From Candidatus Omnitrophota bacterium (GTDB lineage: Bacteria; Omnitrophota; Gorgyraeia; Zapsychrales; Fredricksoniimonadaceae): 64,000 nucleotides of DNA. Every line of letters starts with the position of its first letter. The stretch's first letter is position 1. This document shows positions 11,156-20,117 of this stretch, in pieces. Both the position numbers and the translations under genes were made by a program. The notes under the pieces are model-generated. The model searched no databases. It worked only from the letters and a program-made list of their open reading frames with translations, and was not told the origin of the DNA. Where the stretch lies: assembly GCA_002753465.1 (NCBI GenBank), contig PEAF01000002.1:10942-74941 (forward strand), given 5' to 3'.

Positions 11156-12520
11156 TTAGAGGCTAGCGTTAACGACTTCACCTTTTAGCTGATGGGGCGT
11201 CCCCTTGGTGATCCTGACATTAACAGTGTCCCCTATTTTCAAAATCATGTCAGGAACCGGCGTTAAAAGAACAATTTTATTGGCATCATTACGCCCGTAG
11301 ATCGACCCGCCTTTTTCTTTCTCCATAGATTCGATCAGAACAGGTTGAACCTGACCTACCAGCGCCTTGTTCTTTTCCAAGGATATCCCTGTTTGAAGTG
11401 TATTGATCCTGACAATGCGCCGTGTCTTAACATTTTCAGGTACATCATCAGTCATTTTTCGGGAAGCTTCTGTATTAGGACGGACAGAATATTTGAACAT
11501 GAACGCCGTATCAAATCTGACCGCCTCCATCACGCGCACCGTATCCTCAAACTCGGCATCAGTCTCTGTCGGAAAGCCAACGATCACATCCGTTGACAAT
11601 GCCATAGCAGGGCAAGCCTTACGGAGTTTGTCGACGAGGCCTTTAAAATCAGCCTGCGTATAGTTACGATTCATGACAGACAATACTCTGTCATTACCTG
11701 CCTGCAGGGGCAAATGCACCTGCTTGCAAACCTTAGGGTTCTGTGCCAGGACCTTGATCAGACTCTCAGGAAAATCTTTAGGGTGCGGTGAGGTAAATCG
11801 GATGCGATCAACGCCATCGACCCTGGATACTTGATCGACAAGGAACGCAAAATCATGCCCGTCATGTGCATACGAATTTACATTCTGCCCCAACAATGTC
11901 ACCTGCTTAAACCCTTCACCCGCCAGGCGTCTGACCTCATCGAGAATACTATCAACAGAACGGCTACGCTCCCGGCCACGTGTAAAAGGAACAATACAGA
12001 ACGAGCAGAAATTATTACACCCGCGCATCACGGCCACCCAGGCGTTCACGCCGGCAGTCCTGGTCGGATAAACATCAGCATAGGTTTCAAACTCTGACAA
12101 AGTAACATCATACCCGGTAGCATCGGTATCATGAAGGTTTTGCAGGATTTGAGGAAGGCGCTTGTAGCTGTCCGGGCCAACTACAAAATCAAGCGCCAGA
12201 TGTTTGTTATCTATGAGCTCTTTACGTAACCCTGTCGCCATACACCCGAGTATCCCAATCAAAACAGGCTTTCCTTGACGGCGATGGCGCATATCATGAA
12301 TATGTCCATAAACCTTGCGATGGGCATTCTCACGCACCGAACATGTATTAAGCATAATAATGTCAGCCTGAAGATCGTCATCAACAAAGAAATACCCGGC
12401 CTCGAGCAAGATAGCGCGCACAAGCTCCGTATCATACTCATTCATCTGACAACCGAAAGTAATGAGCGCGATACGCTTTCCGGTTTTGTCGCAACTATCT
12501 GGTCTTGCTTCACTTGGCAC
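11156..12520 (-). CDS. miaB: tRNA-i6A37 methylthiotransferase MiaB (radical SAM MTTase with TRAM domain)
   Basis: 454 aa; N-terminal ITFGCQMNEYD, radical SAM CNNFCSFC; apparent GTG start; 5' end overlaps 3' end of the recombinase gene. Confidence 0.8.
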   Translation of the reverse strand: MPSEARPDSCDKTGKRIALITFGCQMNEYDTELVRAILLEAGYFFVDDDLQADIIMLNTCSVRENAHRKVYGHIHDMRHRRQGKPVLIGILGCMATGLRKELIDNKHLALDFVVGPDSYKRLPQILQNLHDTDATGYDVTLSEFETYADVYPTRTAGVNAWVAVMRGCNNFCSFCIVPFTRGRERSRSVDSILDEVRRLAGEGFKQVTLLGQNVNSYAHDGHDFAFLVDQVSRVDGVDRIRFTSPHPKDFPESLIKVLAQNPKVCKQVHLPLQAGNDRVLSVMNRNYTQADFKGLVDKLRKACPAMALSTDVIVGFPTETDAEFEDTVRVMEAVRFDTAFMFKYSVRPNTEASRKMTDDVPENVKTRRIVRINTLQTGISLEKNKALVGQVQPVLIESMEKEKGGSIYGRNDANKIVLLTPVPDMILKIGDTVNVRITKGTPHQLKGEVVNASL

Positions 12521-14103
12521 TTTACAGCCACCCCTTCGAATAAACTTTTAAACGGCTGATACAAATCAAACTTCGTAATCCGTCCACCCTCAACGCTGAT
12601 GGACCTGAATAATAGCTTAATAAGTCCCTTTTTTCCAGCCATATCAAGATCTTCATTGATAGACTCAAAATGGTTCGCCACAGACTGGAGTAATTTGAGA
12701 TACTCCGTACTCCTTTCCTTCTCGATCATACTCAATTCATGCCTTCTGATCCTGGATCTGATGTCATTCTCTGCATGCCTTAATGGCATTATCTGATTCT
12801 TATACGCCTCTTTGGCCAGCAAACCCTCGGAGAAGATCCCGCTTAGCTTCTCTTGTCTTGAAATATTGGTACCAAGCTCGACCTTTAACTTGGCTACCCC
12901 ATCCCTGACATCTTCAGTGTAAGCTTTGGTCGCCTGCTTCAGCAACCCTTCCAGCCTGGTATCGCTAATGTCTTCCATAAAGATTAATCTGAGAACTTCA
13001 CAAATAAAACTTTCTGCCTCATCAGCCCTGACATAGCCATTCCCGCACTTCGCATTATGTTTAGCATTCCCGCAACAACGATAGTACCTTCTTTTTTCCA
13101 ATGTCTTTCGCTTTCCACCTAAGGCCGGATCTTTCTTGCTCCTCTTGGACGCAGCTAAACAGCCCTGAAAGCGAAGCCCACATACCCCACAGATCAACAA
13201 ACCAGACAATAAATAGTCCTGATTCCCCTGGCGTGTTAAGACGCCATTTCTGTTCAACGAAAGTCGTTTCTGAACAGTATCAAAATCATCCTTATGGATA
13301 ATTCGTTCATGCTCGCTATCGCCATAAATGAACTTCGACGGGTCATTCTTAACAAATTTAAAACCCTTCAGCGTCTTCTTCGTCTTGTCGTATCTTCTTC
13401 GATTCCATACAAGCCTCCCGAGATAAACCGGATTCTTCAAAATGTCACAGACAAGCTTAGTATGAAACATGCCCCCGCTTCTGGTCTTATAGCCCTTCTT
13501 ATACAGATATCCTGCGATCTGTCCGGTACTGCTTCCCGACTGATACATGAGGTAAATTGTTTTAACTACGGCGGCTTCCTCAGGAACCACCTCCAAGATT
13601 TTCTTTTCCTTATTATAATGGTAGCCGTACGGATAATACCGAGAGCCTTGCCAGTGTCCTCTCTGCACTCCCTTTATCATCCCGGGAAGAATTCTCTCCT
13701 TCAGCCGATTCCTTTCAAACTCGGCAAAGGTCCCTAGAAGCTGGAACATCAGCTTGCCGGATGAATTTGTTGTATCGAAAAACTCCGTAGCTGATTTGAA
13801 CCCAATGCCTGCCAGTTCGAGATCCTCGACCAAAGTAACAACATCCTTCAGTTTCCTTGAGAATCTGTCCAGCTTATAGACCAGAATGAAATCGAACTTC
13901 TTCTTTTTGGCATCCGCAAGAAGCCGTCTTAATGCAGGACGATCTAATGAATAGCCACTTATCCCGTCGTCTTCATAAACATTAAATACCTCATGACCTT
14001 CCTGCTTGGCATACTTGAGCAAGAATTCCCTCTGAACTTCCATGGAGAATCCTTCTCTTGCCTGATCCTCCGTCGAAACTCTTGTATAAATGGCAACTTT
14101 CAT
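12442..14103 (-). CDS. large serine recombinase (resolvase domain + recombinase domain + zinc ribbon)
   Basis: 553 aa; N-terminal VAIYTRVSTEDQ catalytic Ser motif, central recombinase domain, Cys-rich zinc-ribbon (CGVCG...CC...C). Confidence 0.85.
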   Translation of the reverse strand: MKVAIYTRVSTEDQAREGFSMEVQREFLLKYAKQEGHEVFNVYEDDGISGYSLDRPALRRLLADAKKKKFDFILVYKLDRFSRKLKDVVTLVEDLELAGIGFKSATEFFDTTNSSGKLMFQLLGTFAEFERNRLKERILPGMIKGVQRGHWQGSRYYPYGYHYNKEKKILEVVPEEAAVVKTIYLMYQSGSSTGQIAGYLYKKGYKTRSGGMFHTKLVCDILKNPVYLGRLVWNRRRYDKTKKTLKGFKFVKNDPSKFIYGDSEHERIIHKDDFDTVQKRLSLNRNGVLTRQGNQDYLLSGLLICGVCGLRFQGCLAASKRSKKDPALGGKRKTLEKRRYYRCCGNAKHNAKCGNGYVRADEAESFICEVLRLIFMEDISDTRLEGLLKQATKAYTEDVRDGVAKLKVELGTNISRQEKLSGIFSEGLLAKEAYKNQIMPLRHAENDIRSRIRRHELSMIEKERSTEYLKLLQSVANHFESINEDLDMAGKKGLIKLLFRSISVEGGRITKFDLYQPFKSLFEGVAVKCQVKQDQIVATKPESVSRSLLSVVR

Positions 14104-14438
14104 AAGCTTACGTGTCCTTTCTCTTGCTTGACATCTTGAATATCCGAATCGGTTTCCTTGCGTTTTTCTAACAGCCGATCAACACGGGCAAGGTCTGCCT
14201 GTAAGATAATCTCCAATACTGCGGATAACCTCACATATTCCTCCCCGTCCTCGTTAATAATACGTTCTTGCCGTTTTCTTGACCTTCTTGCCAAACGCCA
14301 CACACCAACCTTATCCGAGCCATACATATCCTTTGACTCTGACCACTGCTCAAACAGCTTGATCAAATCTGCATCAGGATACTTGTTCGCGTAACCGCTG
14401 AATGCCTCGGCCTGCACCACATAATCTTTTTCGTCCAT
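14100..14438 (-). CDS. hypothetical protein (112 aa), translationally coupled to recombinase
   Basis: ORF overlaps recombinase start by 4 nt; no recognizable motif. Confidence 0.4.
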   Translation of the reverse strand: MDEKDYVVQAEAFSGYANKYPDADLIKLFEQWSESKDMYGSDKVGVWRLARRSRKRQERIINEDGEEYVRLSAVLEIILQADLARVDRLLEKRKETDSDIQDVKQEKGHVSL

Positions 14439-14514
14439 TTGTTGTTATTAAACTCCACCTTGATCCTTTCGTTTCATTACTGCCGTTACTATGCGCCTTA
14501 TGCGCAAAATTTCA

Positions 14515-15327
14515 TTACACGCATTCCTCAAATGCAAAGCCACCTTCCTTAGATCCGTCCGACCACCAAGCACACTCACGACCCGCTCCATCGGGAAGCT
14601 TAAAGGCGTCAGGATGTTCTCTGCAAATCTCCTTGATCGACCGCAACCTTTTATCCCGTGTCCCCGCCGAGGCCGGCAAGGCTGAGGCCGTGACTTCTAC
14701 GTGTCTTCCTTGTTCGGGTATGCCACTATGCTGCTCGATTCGGATACCCTCCGTGTCTGGCACTCTCTGATCTACTATGTCAGCCGGAGCGCAAGCGAAG
14801 GCAGTGGTAACCAAAGGAGCAACTGCTTCTAAGCGAGCGTCAGCGAGCAATGTGTGATTAAGATCGGATATTTGAAGGTTTTCATTCTTTTGTATACTAT
14901 CTATTGTGTTATGTATTGTGTGTGGCGGTCCTGCCACCGGTAATTGCCCTGCAGGCGCCACTAGTTGAGACCTGAACGCCACTAGCTTATCCGCTTCTTC
15001 AGATGTCATTACTGGTGGCGATCCTGCCACTACCCATTGAGAATATTTCCTGTTCAAGGCATATGAATTGATGTGCCCGTGCCTCATTAAAACAATTCCT
15101 TTCCTCACAAGCGATTTTAGAGCGCCAACTTGCCGCTTCCTTTCCAACCCGGTCATTGACTGAAATTGCGAAATGCTTATCCGATCATGGCTCTTCTGAT
15201 ACCCGTATGTCTTTCTGACCAACGCCATCACGGTTCGCCATTCATTCGGGGTCAACCTCGCTTTCGCCAAATTCTCAAGTGTGGTGCTCGATATCCTCGT
15301 GAAATATTTCTTTTCCTTCTCTTCCAT
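14515..15327 (-). CDS. phage replisome-organizer/replication initiator O-like protein (N-terminal wHTH)
   Basis: N-terminal region (FTRISSTTLENLAKARLTPNEWRTVMALVRKTYGYQK...ISISQFQSMTGLERKRQVGALKSLVRKGIV) resembles Phage_rep_org_N domain; C-terminal half low complexity. Confidence 0.45.
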   Translation of the reverse strand: MEEKEKKYFTRISSTTLENLAKARLTPNEWRTVMALVRKTYGYQKSHDRISISQFQSMTGLERKRQVGALKSLVRKGIVLMRHGHINSYALNRKYSQWVVAGSPPVMTSEEADKLVAFRSQLVAPAGQLPVAGPPHTIHNTIDSIQKNENLQISDLNHTLLADARLEAVAPLVTTAFACAPADIVDQRVPDTEGIRIEQHSGIPEQGRHVEVTASALPASAGTRDKRLRSIKEICREHPDAFKLPDGAGRECAWWSDGSKEGGFAFEECV

Positions 15328-15361
15328 TTTTCTCCATCCTTATCTTGTACCGATTTCCTGT

Positions 15362-15547
15362 TCAGACATCGCCCCGACCCTTGCTCTTCACCCACGAAGC
15401 AACGACGTCGGGATCGAAGCGAACCAGTTTCCCCAGTTTGCTATGGGGGATCTTACCCGTCTCGGCCCACCAGTAAATTGTGGTCCGGCTCACTCCAAGA
15501 CATGCTGCTACCTCGTCGACGTTTAAAAACTTCTTCTCCATACTCAT
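15362..15547 (-). CDS. excisionase/AlpA-like HTH_17 DNA-binding protein
   Basis: Start MSMEKKF with AGGAGG SD; LNVDEVAACLGVSRTTIYWWAETGKIPHSKLGKLVRFDPDVVASWV matches excisionase-family HTH. Confidence 0.6.
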   Translation of the reverse strand: MSMEKKFLNVDEVAACLGVSRTTIYWWAETGKIPHSKLGKLVRFDPDVVASWVKSKGRGDV

Positions 15548-16100
15548 TGTGCTTCCTCCTTCTGGGGACAAAACAGTCCCGCCACGAAGCATAATTGCTC
15601 CGCGTATTAAGTCTTATTTCTTGTTGGGATTTACTAACGATGAATCCGTGGTGTGGGGCAATATGAAGCAGACGTTTCTTTACCCTACAATTGCATTATA
15701 CTACTAAACAGGCACATTCCTCAACCACGACTTTGAAATATTTTTTACAGCGACGGAGTATTAACGTTCTACCCTCTTGGGAAATGACCTTTATTTGAGC
15801 ATTTATCCCGATCAATCTGCCTTAATCGAGCGTTTTCTCTGAACCCTGAGCAAAACAAAGGGTTAAAGGAAATGCTACCCAAGCGACCAGTGAGTGCTGG
15901 CGGCTTTAAGCATTTCCCCGGAGCCCTTTTACGATAACGATATGGACGATCGCATGCTCTTCCAGTCCTAAAATAACTCCTGTTATTTTCCATTTGATCC
16001 CTCCGATGTTAATCACTCCCTGATAAATGGATCTATTCGCATCTCAGGAGGGCTTAGCGGCCTTGAGAATGCCGCTAAATCCCATGGACACCTTCTACCC

Positions 16101-16856
16101 CTACCATTTCCTGCACAGTTCGCGATAACCGCACCAAGAACAAGTCTGCTTATTCTCACAGGGATACAGGGTCCCCGATTGGATCGCCTTGCTTACAAAT
16201 CCCAGGACCTTCAGGAATCGGCGAATATCATCCTGCGTCCGTGTGGTCGGGATCTGCTGGAGCTTCGGGACCTTGGTCTTGACCATTACGTCAAACCGCA
16301 GTTCCTTTTCCGGCACTCCGAATAGCGTCCGATATGCCAACGCATAGCATGTCAGCTGAATGTCCGATCCAACATCTTCCGGGTTCATGCTTCGTTTTGA
16401 GGTTTTATGATCGATGATCGTACCCTCCACATCCACGAGATCAATGATCCCCTTGAGCGTGTAACTGACGTTCGCAAAAATCAAATTAAACTCATGCTCA
16501 ACGAGCCTCGGCTGAATGGTTGGAGATATCTGGCCATGATAGGCTGTGACCATCTTGACTCCATCATCCTTAACAGTTCCAGCCTTCTCATCCATGTCGA
16601 AGACCGTCTCTTTAACTTCCTGCTCCCATCGATCTGAGAACAGATCCAATACCTTCTCCGCAGGAAGATCCTGCTTACTTGTGATCTTCTGCGAGTAGTT
16701 GGCCTCCAACGCCGAGTGGATTGACTTGCCAAGGGTCAGCGATCCCGTTGGCGGTATCTTCAACCCGTCGATATACCGGAATTGATATTGCAAGGGGCAC
16801 CTGAGGAACATCTTAATCTGTGAGACCGATAAGTGTTTGCTTTCCATGGGACACAC
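16101..16856 (-). CDS. PD-(D/E)XK nuclease, Cas4/RecB-like exonuclease with Fe-S Cys cluster
   Basis: 251 aa; N-terminal Cys (CPLQYQF), catalytic block IDLVDVEG...IIDHKTSK, C-terminal CxxxxCSWCxxxxxC. Confidence 0.6.
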   Translation of the reverse strand: MCPMESKHLSVSQIKMFLRCPLQYQFRYIDGLKIPPTGSLTLGKSIHSALEANYSQKITSKQDLPAEKVLDLFSDRWEQEVKETVFDMDEKAGTVKDDGVKMVTAYHGQISPTIQPRLVEHEFNLIFANVSYTLKGIIDLVDVEGTIIDHKTSKRSMNPEDVGSDIQLTCYALAYRTLFGVPEKELRFDVMVKTKVPKLQQIPTTRTQDDIRRFLKVLGFVSKAIQSGTLYPCENKQTCSWCGYRELCRKW

Positions 16857-16924
16857 TCCTTTAGTTAAAAGAAAGACGGCAGGCCCCCGGTTGCCCGAAG
16901 ACCTGCCGTCCGATTGCTTATGGT

Positions 16925-17344
16925 TTACGCTGTAACAGCCAACATCTCCTCGATCACCTTACTCGCCGAGGCCATGCTCATCTCATTAACTCCTTCGATG
17001 AACTGTCTACGTTCCTTGGCAAGCTTGATGATGAGAGACTTCTGCTTTGGCGAGATCGGAGCCTCTGGATCCTTTGGATGAGGCTTACCATTTCCATTAC
17101 CATTGATAGGCTTCCCATTGCCATTAGCGTGCTTCTTAGGCTCAGGAATGACCACATCCTCCCTATGCGGCTCACCCTGATTACCCGTCGGATTGACCTG
17201 CCTACTAATGGCCCTTTTTGCCATAGAGAACAGCTCGTCCACGACGCCATCAGCTTGCTCCTTTGCAACATCACCGGAAGTTTCAAAACTGACTTGGTAA
17301 CTGTCACCGTTGCTTCTGTAACTGTAATTAGCAAGAATACGCAT
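16925..17344 (-). CDS. hypothetical protein with NG-rich linker (139 aa)
   Basis: Protein-like composition; NGNGKPINGNGNGKP repeat linker; alternate-frame 144-aa ORF is Arg/Ser-rich and rejected. Confidence 0.4.
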   Translation of the reverse strand: MRILANYSYRSNGDSYQVSFETSGDVAKEQADGVVDELFSMAKRAISRQVNPTGNQGEPHREDVVIPEPKKHANGNGKPINGNGNGKPHPKDPEAPISPKQKSLIIKLAKERRQFIEGVNEMSMASASKVIEEMLAVTA

Positions 17345-17389
17345 TTGATCCTCCTTGTTGTTAGAAACTGTTGAGTTTGATTTAGAACA

Positions 17390-17752
17390 TTACGCATGCG
17401 ATTTACATTCACAGCACTCTCCTTTCTGCCACCCCTGGGCTTTTCGAATCAGGTCGACCTCAATGGCCTTCCTGGGTGTAAAAAAGAGATCCCGATCAAT
17501 CTCCAGAAACAGCATCTTGATCTGGTCCAGTTCCTCCAGGCTGAAATAGCCCCATTCGGCCATATCCAGATTGCCGTTTAAGACCACAAAGCCAAAGAAA
17601 GTCTGGCTTGCGGGATCATATTCAGCAGCGTACCAGTCACACCCGCCAATGAAGAAATGAAGATGGATGATCTTCTCCTTCAATGGCACGCTCTCCGTCG
17701 TGTAGAAGGCTGGCAATTGAGCCAGCTCCTGCTTTGTTGGCTTATTCCACAT
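17390..17752 (-). CDS. DUF2958-family protein
   Basis: HFFIGGCDWYAAEYD...FFGFVVLNGNLDMAEWGYFSLEEL...RDLFFTP matches DUF2958 signature; likely start MWNKPTKQEL. Confidence 0.55.
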   Translation of the reverse strand: MWNKPTKQELAQLPAFYTTESVPLKEKIIHLHFFIGGCDWYAAEYDPASQTFFGFVVLNGNLDMAEWGYFSLEELDQIKMLFLEIDRDLFFTPRKAIEVDLIRKAQGWQKGECCECKSHA

Positions 17753-17942
17753 GGTCTGTTCCTTTCTGTTCGCAGACATAAAAAAAGACACCCTCTTGGG
17801 TGCCTGTCTCATGCCTCTGGTTTAGCTGTGACTTCTTAGTAGATGTCCTTACTCCACCGCCAGTAACTCAGGAAACTGGACATCCCTCGTCCACTCCTGA
17901 AGCTATGACGGTATGCAAAGTAGATCCTCTTAACAATGTGGT

Positions 17943-18209
17943 TCATGCGGCCTCCTTCTGGTAATGATTAACAACCACCGTAGAGAAATCCTCATACGTG
18001 GACGCGTTCTTACACACGACCTGATCGTACCACTGGTTATCTTTACCCTGCTCCTGCGGCATGGAGACGAAGATCCCCTTCTTACCAGCGAGCAGACGCA
18101 CTCCCTTGATAACAAGAACGTCATTAATCGAGACATCTGCGAACGCCTTCAATGATCCGGCGTCCGGTAGACGGTACATCTTCTCGACAGTGAATTTAAC
18201 TTGGCTCAT
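17943..18209 (-). CDS. SpoVG-family protein
   Basis: MSQVKFTVEKMYRL...SLKAFADVSINDVLVIKGVRLLAGKKGIFVSMPQ colinear with SpoVG; AGGAGG SD before MSQV start (alternative upstream start at 18269 also has an SD). Confidence 0.55.
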   Translation of the reverse strand: MSQVKFTVEKMYRLPDAGSLKAFADVSINDVLVIKGVRLLAGKKGIFVSMPQEQGKDNQWYDQVVCKNASTYEDFSTVVVNHYQKEAA

Positions 18210-18292
18210 GACTTCCTCCTTGTTGTTGGTTGCTGAAACAGTTTGAACGGTTTCCTTTGCTTTCCTCATACTCGCCTCCTTGTGATTGGTTA

Positions 18293-18457
18293 TTAGAATT
18301 TCCCGAGATAACAACTTCCACAATCGGTGTTATTGCCTTCGCGCTGACAGACTGAACACACCGGCACCCTGCCTGCGCCTCTCAGGCCTTCACCGAGAAA
18401 CTCCTCCAGGAGTTCGGTCATCGGCCTTTGGTATGCCTGCTCGACTAGGCTCTCCAT
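18293..18457 (-). CDS. hypothetical small CxxC...CxxC protein (54 aa)
   Basis: MESLVEQ... start preceded by AGGAGG SD; two CxxC pairs; C-terminal part of a longer, likely spurious 148-aa ORF. Confidence 0.35.
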   Translation of the reverse strand: MESLVEQAYQRPMTELLEEFLGEGLRGAGRVPVCSVCQREGNNTDCGSCYLGKF

Positions 18458-18801
18458 ATCTTTCCTCCTTTCTGATACTGGACCATTATTCTTGGGAACA
18501 CAGGTACGCGGCCAAACAGCCGATACCAATCCAACACAACGCCCTTGATGCCTTCTTTTTGGATGTGCCACAAGGCGTACAGTCCAAACACAACAGAAGC
18601 AGCAAGGTTGCATATCCCCACAAAGCTGGCCACACCAGTGAACACAGTTATTAAACCCGAACCAGCGAAGTCCATAACAAACGCCAGCATTGGGTTCGCA
18701 AACATGATGTGCCGAAACTTGAGTGGGAATATTCCCCACAGGCTAATGTGGATCACGCTCATGATGATCGTGACGATAATAAATCCAACAGCGTCGAACA
18801 T
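18445..18801 (-). CDS. small integral membrane protein (3-4 TM)
   Basis: Start MFDAVGF with GGAGGTG SD; hydrophobic helices throughout. Confidence 0.5.
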   Translation of the reverse strand: MFDAVGFIIVTIIMSVIHISLWGIFPLKFRHIMFANPMLAFVMDFAGSGLITVFTGVASFVGICNLAASVVFGLYALWHIQKEGIKGVVLDWYRLFGRVPVFPRIMVQYQKGGKIWRA

Positions 18802-18844
18802 ACAGATCACCTCCTTTCCATGTTTGATTTTGTTAACGAGTAGA

Positions 18845-18888
18845 CACAAAAAATCCCTTGTCAGTGTCAGAGTGACACCAACAAGGGA
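18845..18888 (-). terminator. rho-independent terminator (minus strand) ending the AT-rich cargo block
   Basis: Stem TCCCTTGT/ACAAGGGA with inner palindrome GTGTCA..TGACAC, followed on minus strand by TTTTTTTGTG. Confidence 0.5.
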
Positions 18889-19013
18889 TGTAATTGAGAC
18901 CCCCCTGGGGCACGAAACGAAGATTATTTCAGACTATATAATGACTAGGAACCTGCAGGAATTTTTTAGAGAAATTTTCGGGGAATAAGAAATTTATAGC
19001 AGCGACGCGCGCA

Positions 19014-19526
19014 CTAGTTAATTAAATTTTCCAGAACTCTTTGAGGGATAAAGCCATCATGCAAGGCCGCTTCAATATAAACAGATTGCTTGGTCGGCAT
19101 TCTGTCTGACTTTGAAGCGACTTCCTTTTTCTGCATCAATTCTGCGAACTTAACGACAGGGAGAGCTGCCACTTTTTTCATCCCATTACCATTGTCGCGC
19201 ATCTTACTTAATAAATCTTGCCTTAAAATCGGCTCAACATCACCCACATCAATATATGATCTCTCCGCCCTTAAATGCGCTTCGTGCAAATCTTCCCATT
19301 GATGCCTTTCGACAACAATGGTCAACGCGGGATTGCACGCATGTGGCTTTGAAGTTAAAGGAAAAAACGGATAAAAGATTAGGGTTGGATGAAAATCTAA
19401 AATCTTTCCTACTAATTTATATTTGCGTTTAACGATTGGGTTATGAGGATCTTTAGACTTGGCGTCTAAATGAATATTTCTAGTTTGGATTCTAGAAATT
19501 AAGTCTTCATCGGAAAGATTACGCAC
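19014..19526 (-). CDS. hypothetical protein (170 aa), candidate toxin partner of Panacea-domain protein
   Basis: Overlaps upstream Panacea-domain gene by 8 nt; no recognizable motif. Confidence 0.45.
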   Translation of the reverse strand: MRNLSDEDLISRIQTRNIHLDAKSKDPHNPIVKRKYKLVGKILDFHPTLIFYPFFPLTSKPHACNPALTIVVERHQWEDLHEAHLRAERSYIDVGDVEPILRQDLLSKMRDNGNGMKKVAALPVVKFAELMQKKEVASKSDRMPTKQSVYIEAALHDGFIPQRVLENLIN

Positions 19527-19989
19527 ATCCTAAATCCAGTTTTTCATTCAAGTGCTCACGTCCGCCTAAGGTTGCGCCGATTCTCACCATTGGGGCTGTT
19601 TGATACGCGATATCAGTGAGCGCTTTGGCGCCGTAGCCTCTTAACTTCTCTAACACTTCATCGATTAACGAATATTCCTCTTCAGAAATCAGTTCAGAAA
19701 CACCCTGCTGATCACCATCAGATTGATAAATTACATATTCATCCCCGGAATAAGCATACTCCGTCTTCGACTTAACGACCCCTTCACTCTGCAAAGCAGT
19801 TAACAAAGTATAAATTTTGTCATCATAAGGTCCATAATAATATCGCACATAGGAAAACTCGGATATGGGCTTCCCTGTCTTTTTAACACTCACCACATCA
19901 ATTAAATAACACAACTTCAGCAAGCTGGTGAGCGAGGCCGTTATGTGCCTTTTGATTATATAGGCTAATAGACTTTTCGTCTTTTCCAT
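19519..19989 (-). CDS. Panacea-domain (DUF4065, SocA/PanA-like) antitoxin-like protein
   Basis: MEKTKSLLAYIIKRHITASLTSLLKLCYLIDVVSVKKTGKPISEFSYVRYYYGPY matches DUF4065/Panacea N-terminal signature. Confidence 0.55.
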   Translation of the reverse strand: MEKTKSLLAYIIKRHITASLTSLLKLCYLIDVVSVKKTGKPISEFSYVRYYYGPYDDKIYTLLTALQSEGVVKSKTEYAYSGDEYVIYQSDGDQQGVSELISEEEYSLIDEVLEKLRGYGAKALTDIAYQTAPMVRIGATLGGREHLNEKLDLGCA

Positions 19990-20117
19990 TTGATTTAATG
20001 ATACCTTATTCAACTTTTTAGTAAAGAAGTTACAAATAAATAAACAAAAACACATTATCTCTTGTGGGTCGCCCCGGGAGACAAGCCGTGAGCTGTCTTA
20101 GATTAAATGTGGCAACC

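Noticed and set aside
15769-15993. 74-aa highly basic ORF in the island's non-coding region
   Set aside because: Arg-rich low-complexity product, no SD; more likely non-coding or regulatory sequence.
16978-17412. 144-aa ORF overlapping the 139-aa gene in another frame
   Set aside because: Arg/Ser-rich low-complexity translation typical of an out-of-frame shadow ORF; the 139-aa frame has protein-like composition.
18293-18739. 148-aa Cys-rich ORF
   Set aside because: Its 5' two-thirds overlap the membrane-protein gene in another frame; only the last 54 codons (with their own AGGAGG SD) are retained as a possible small gene.
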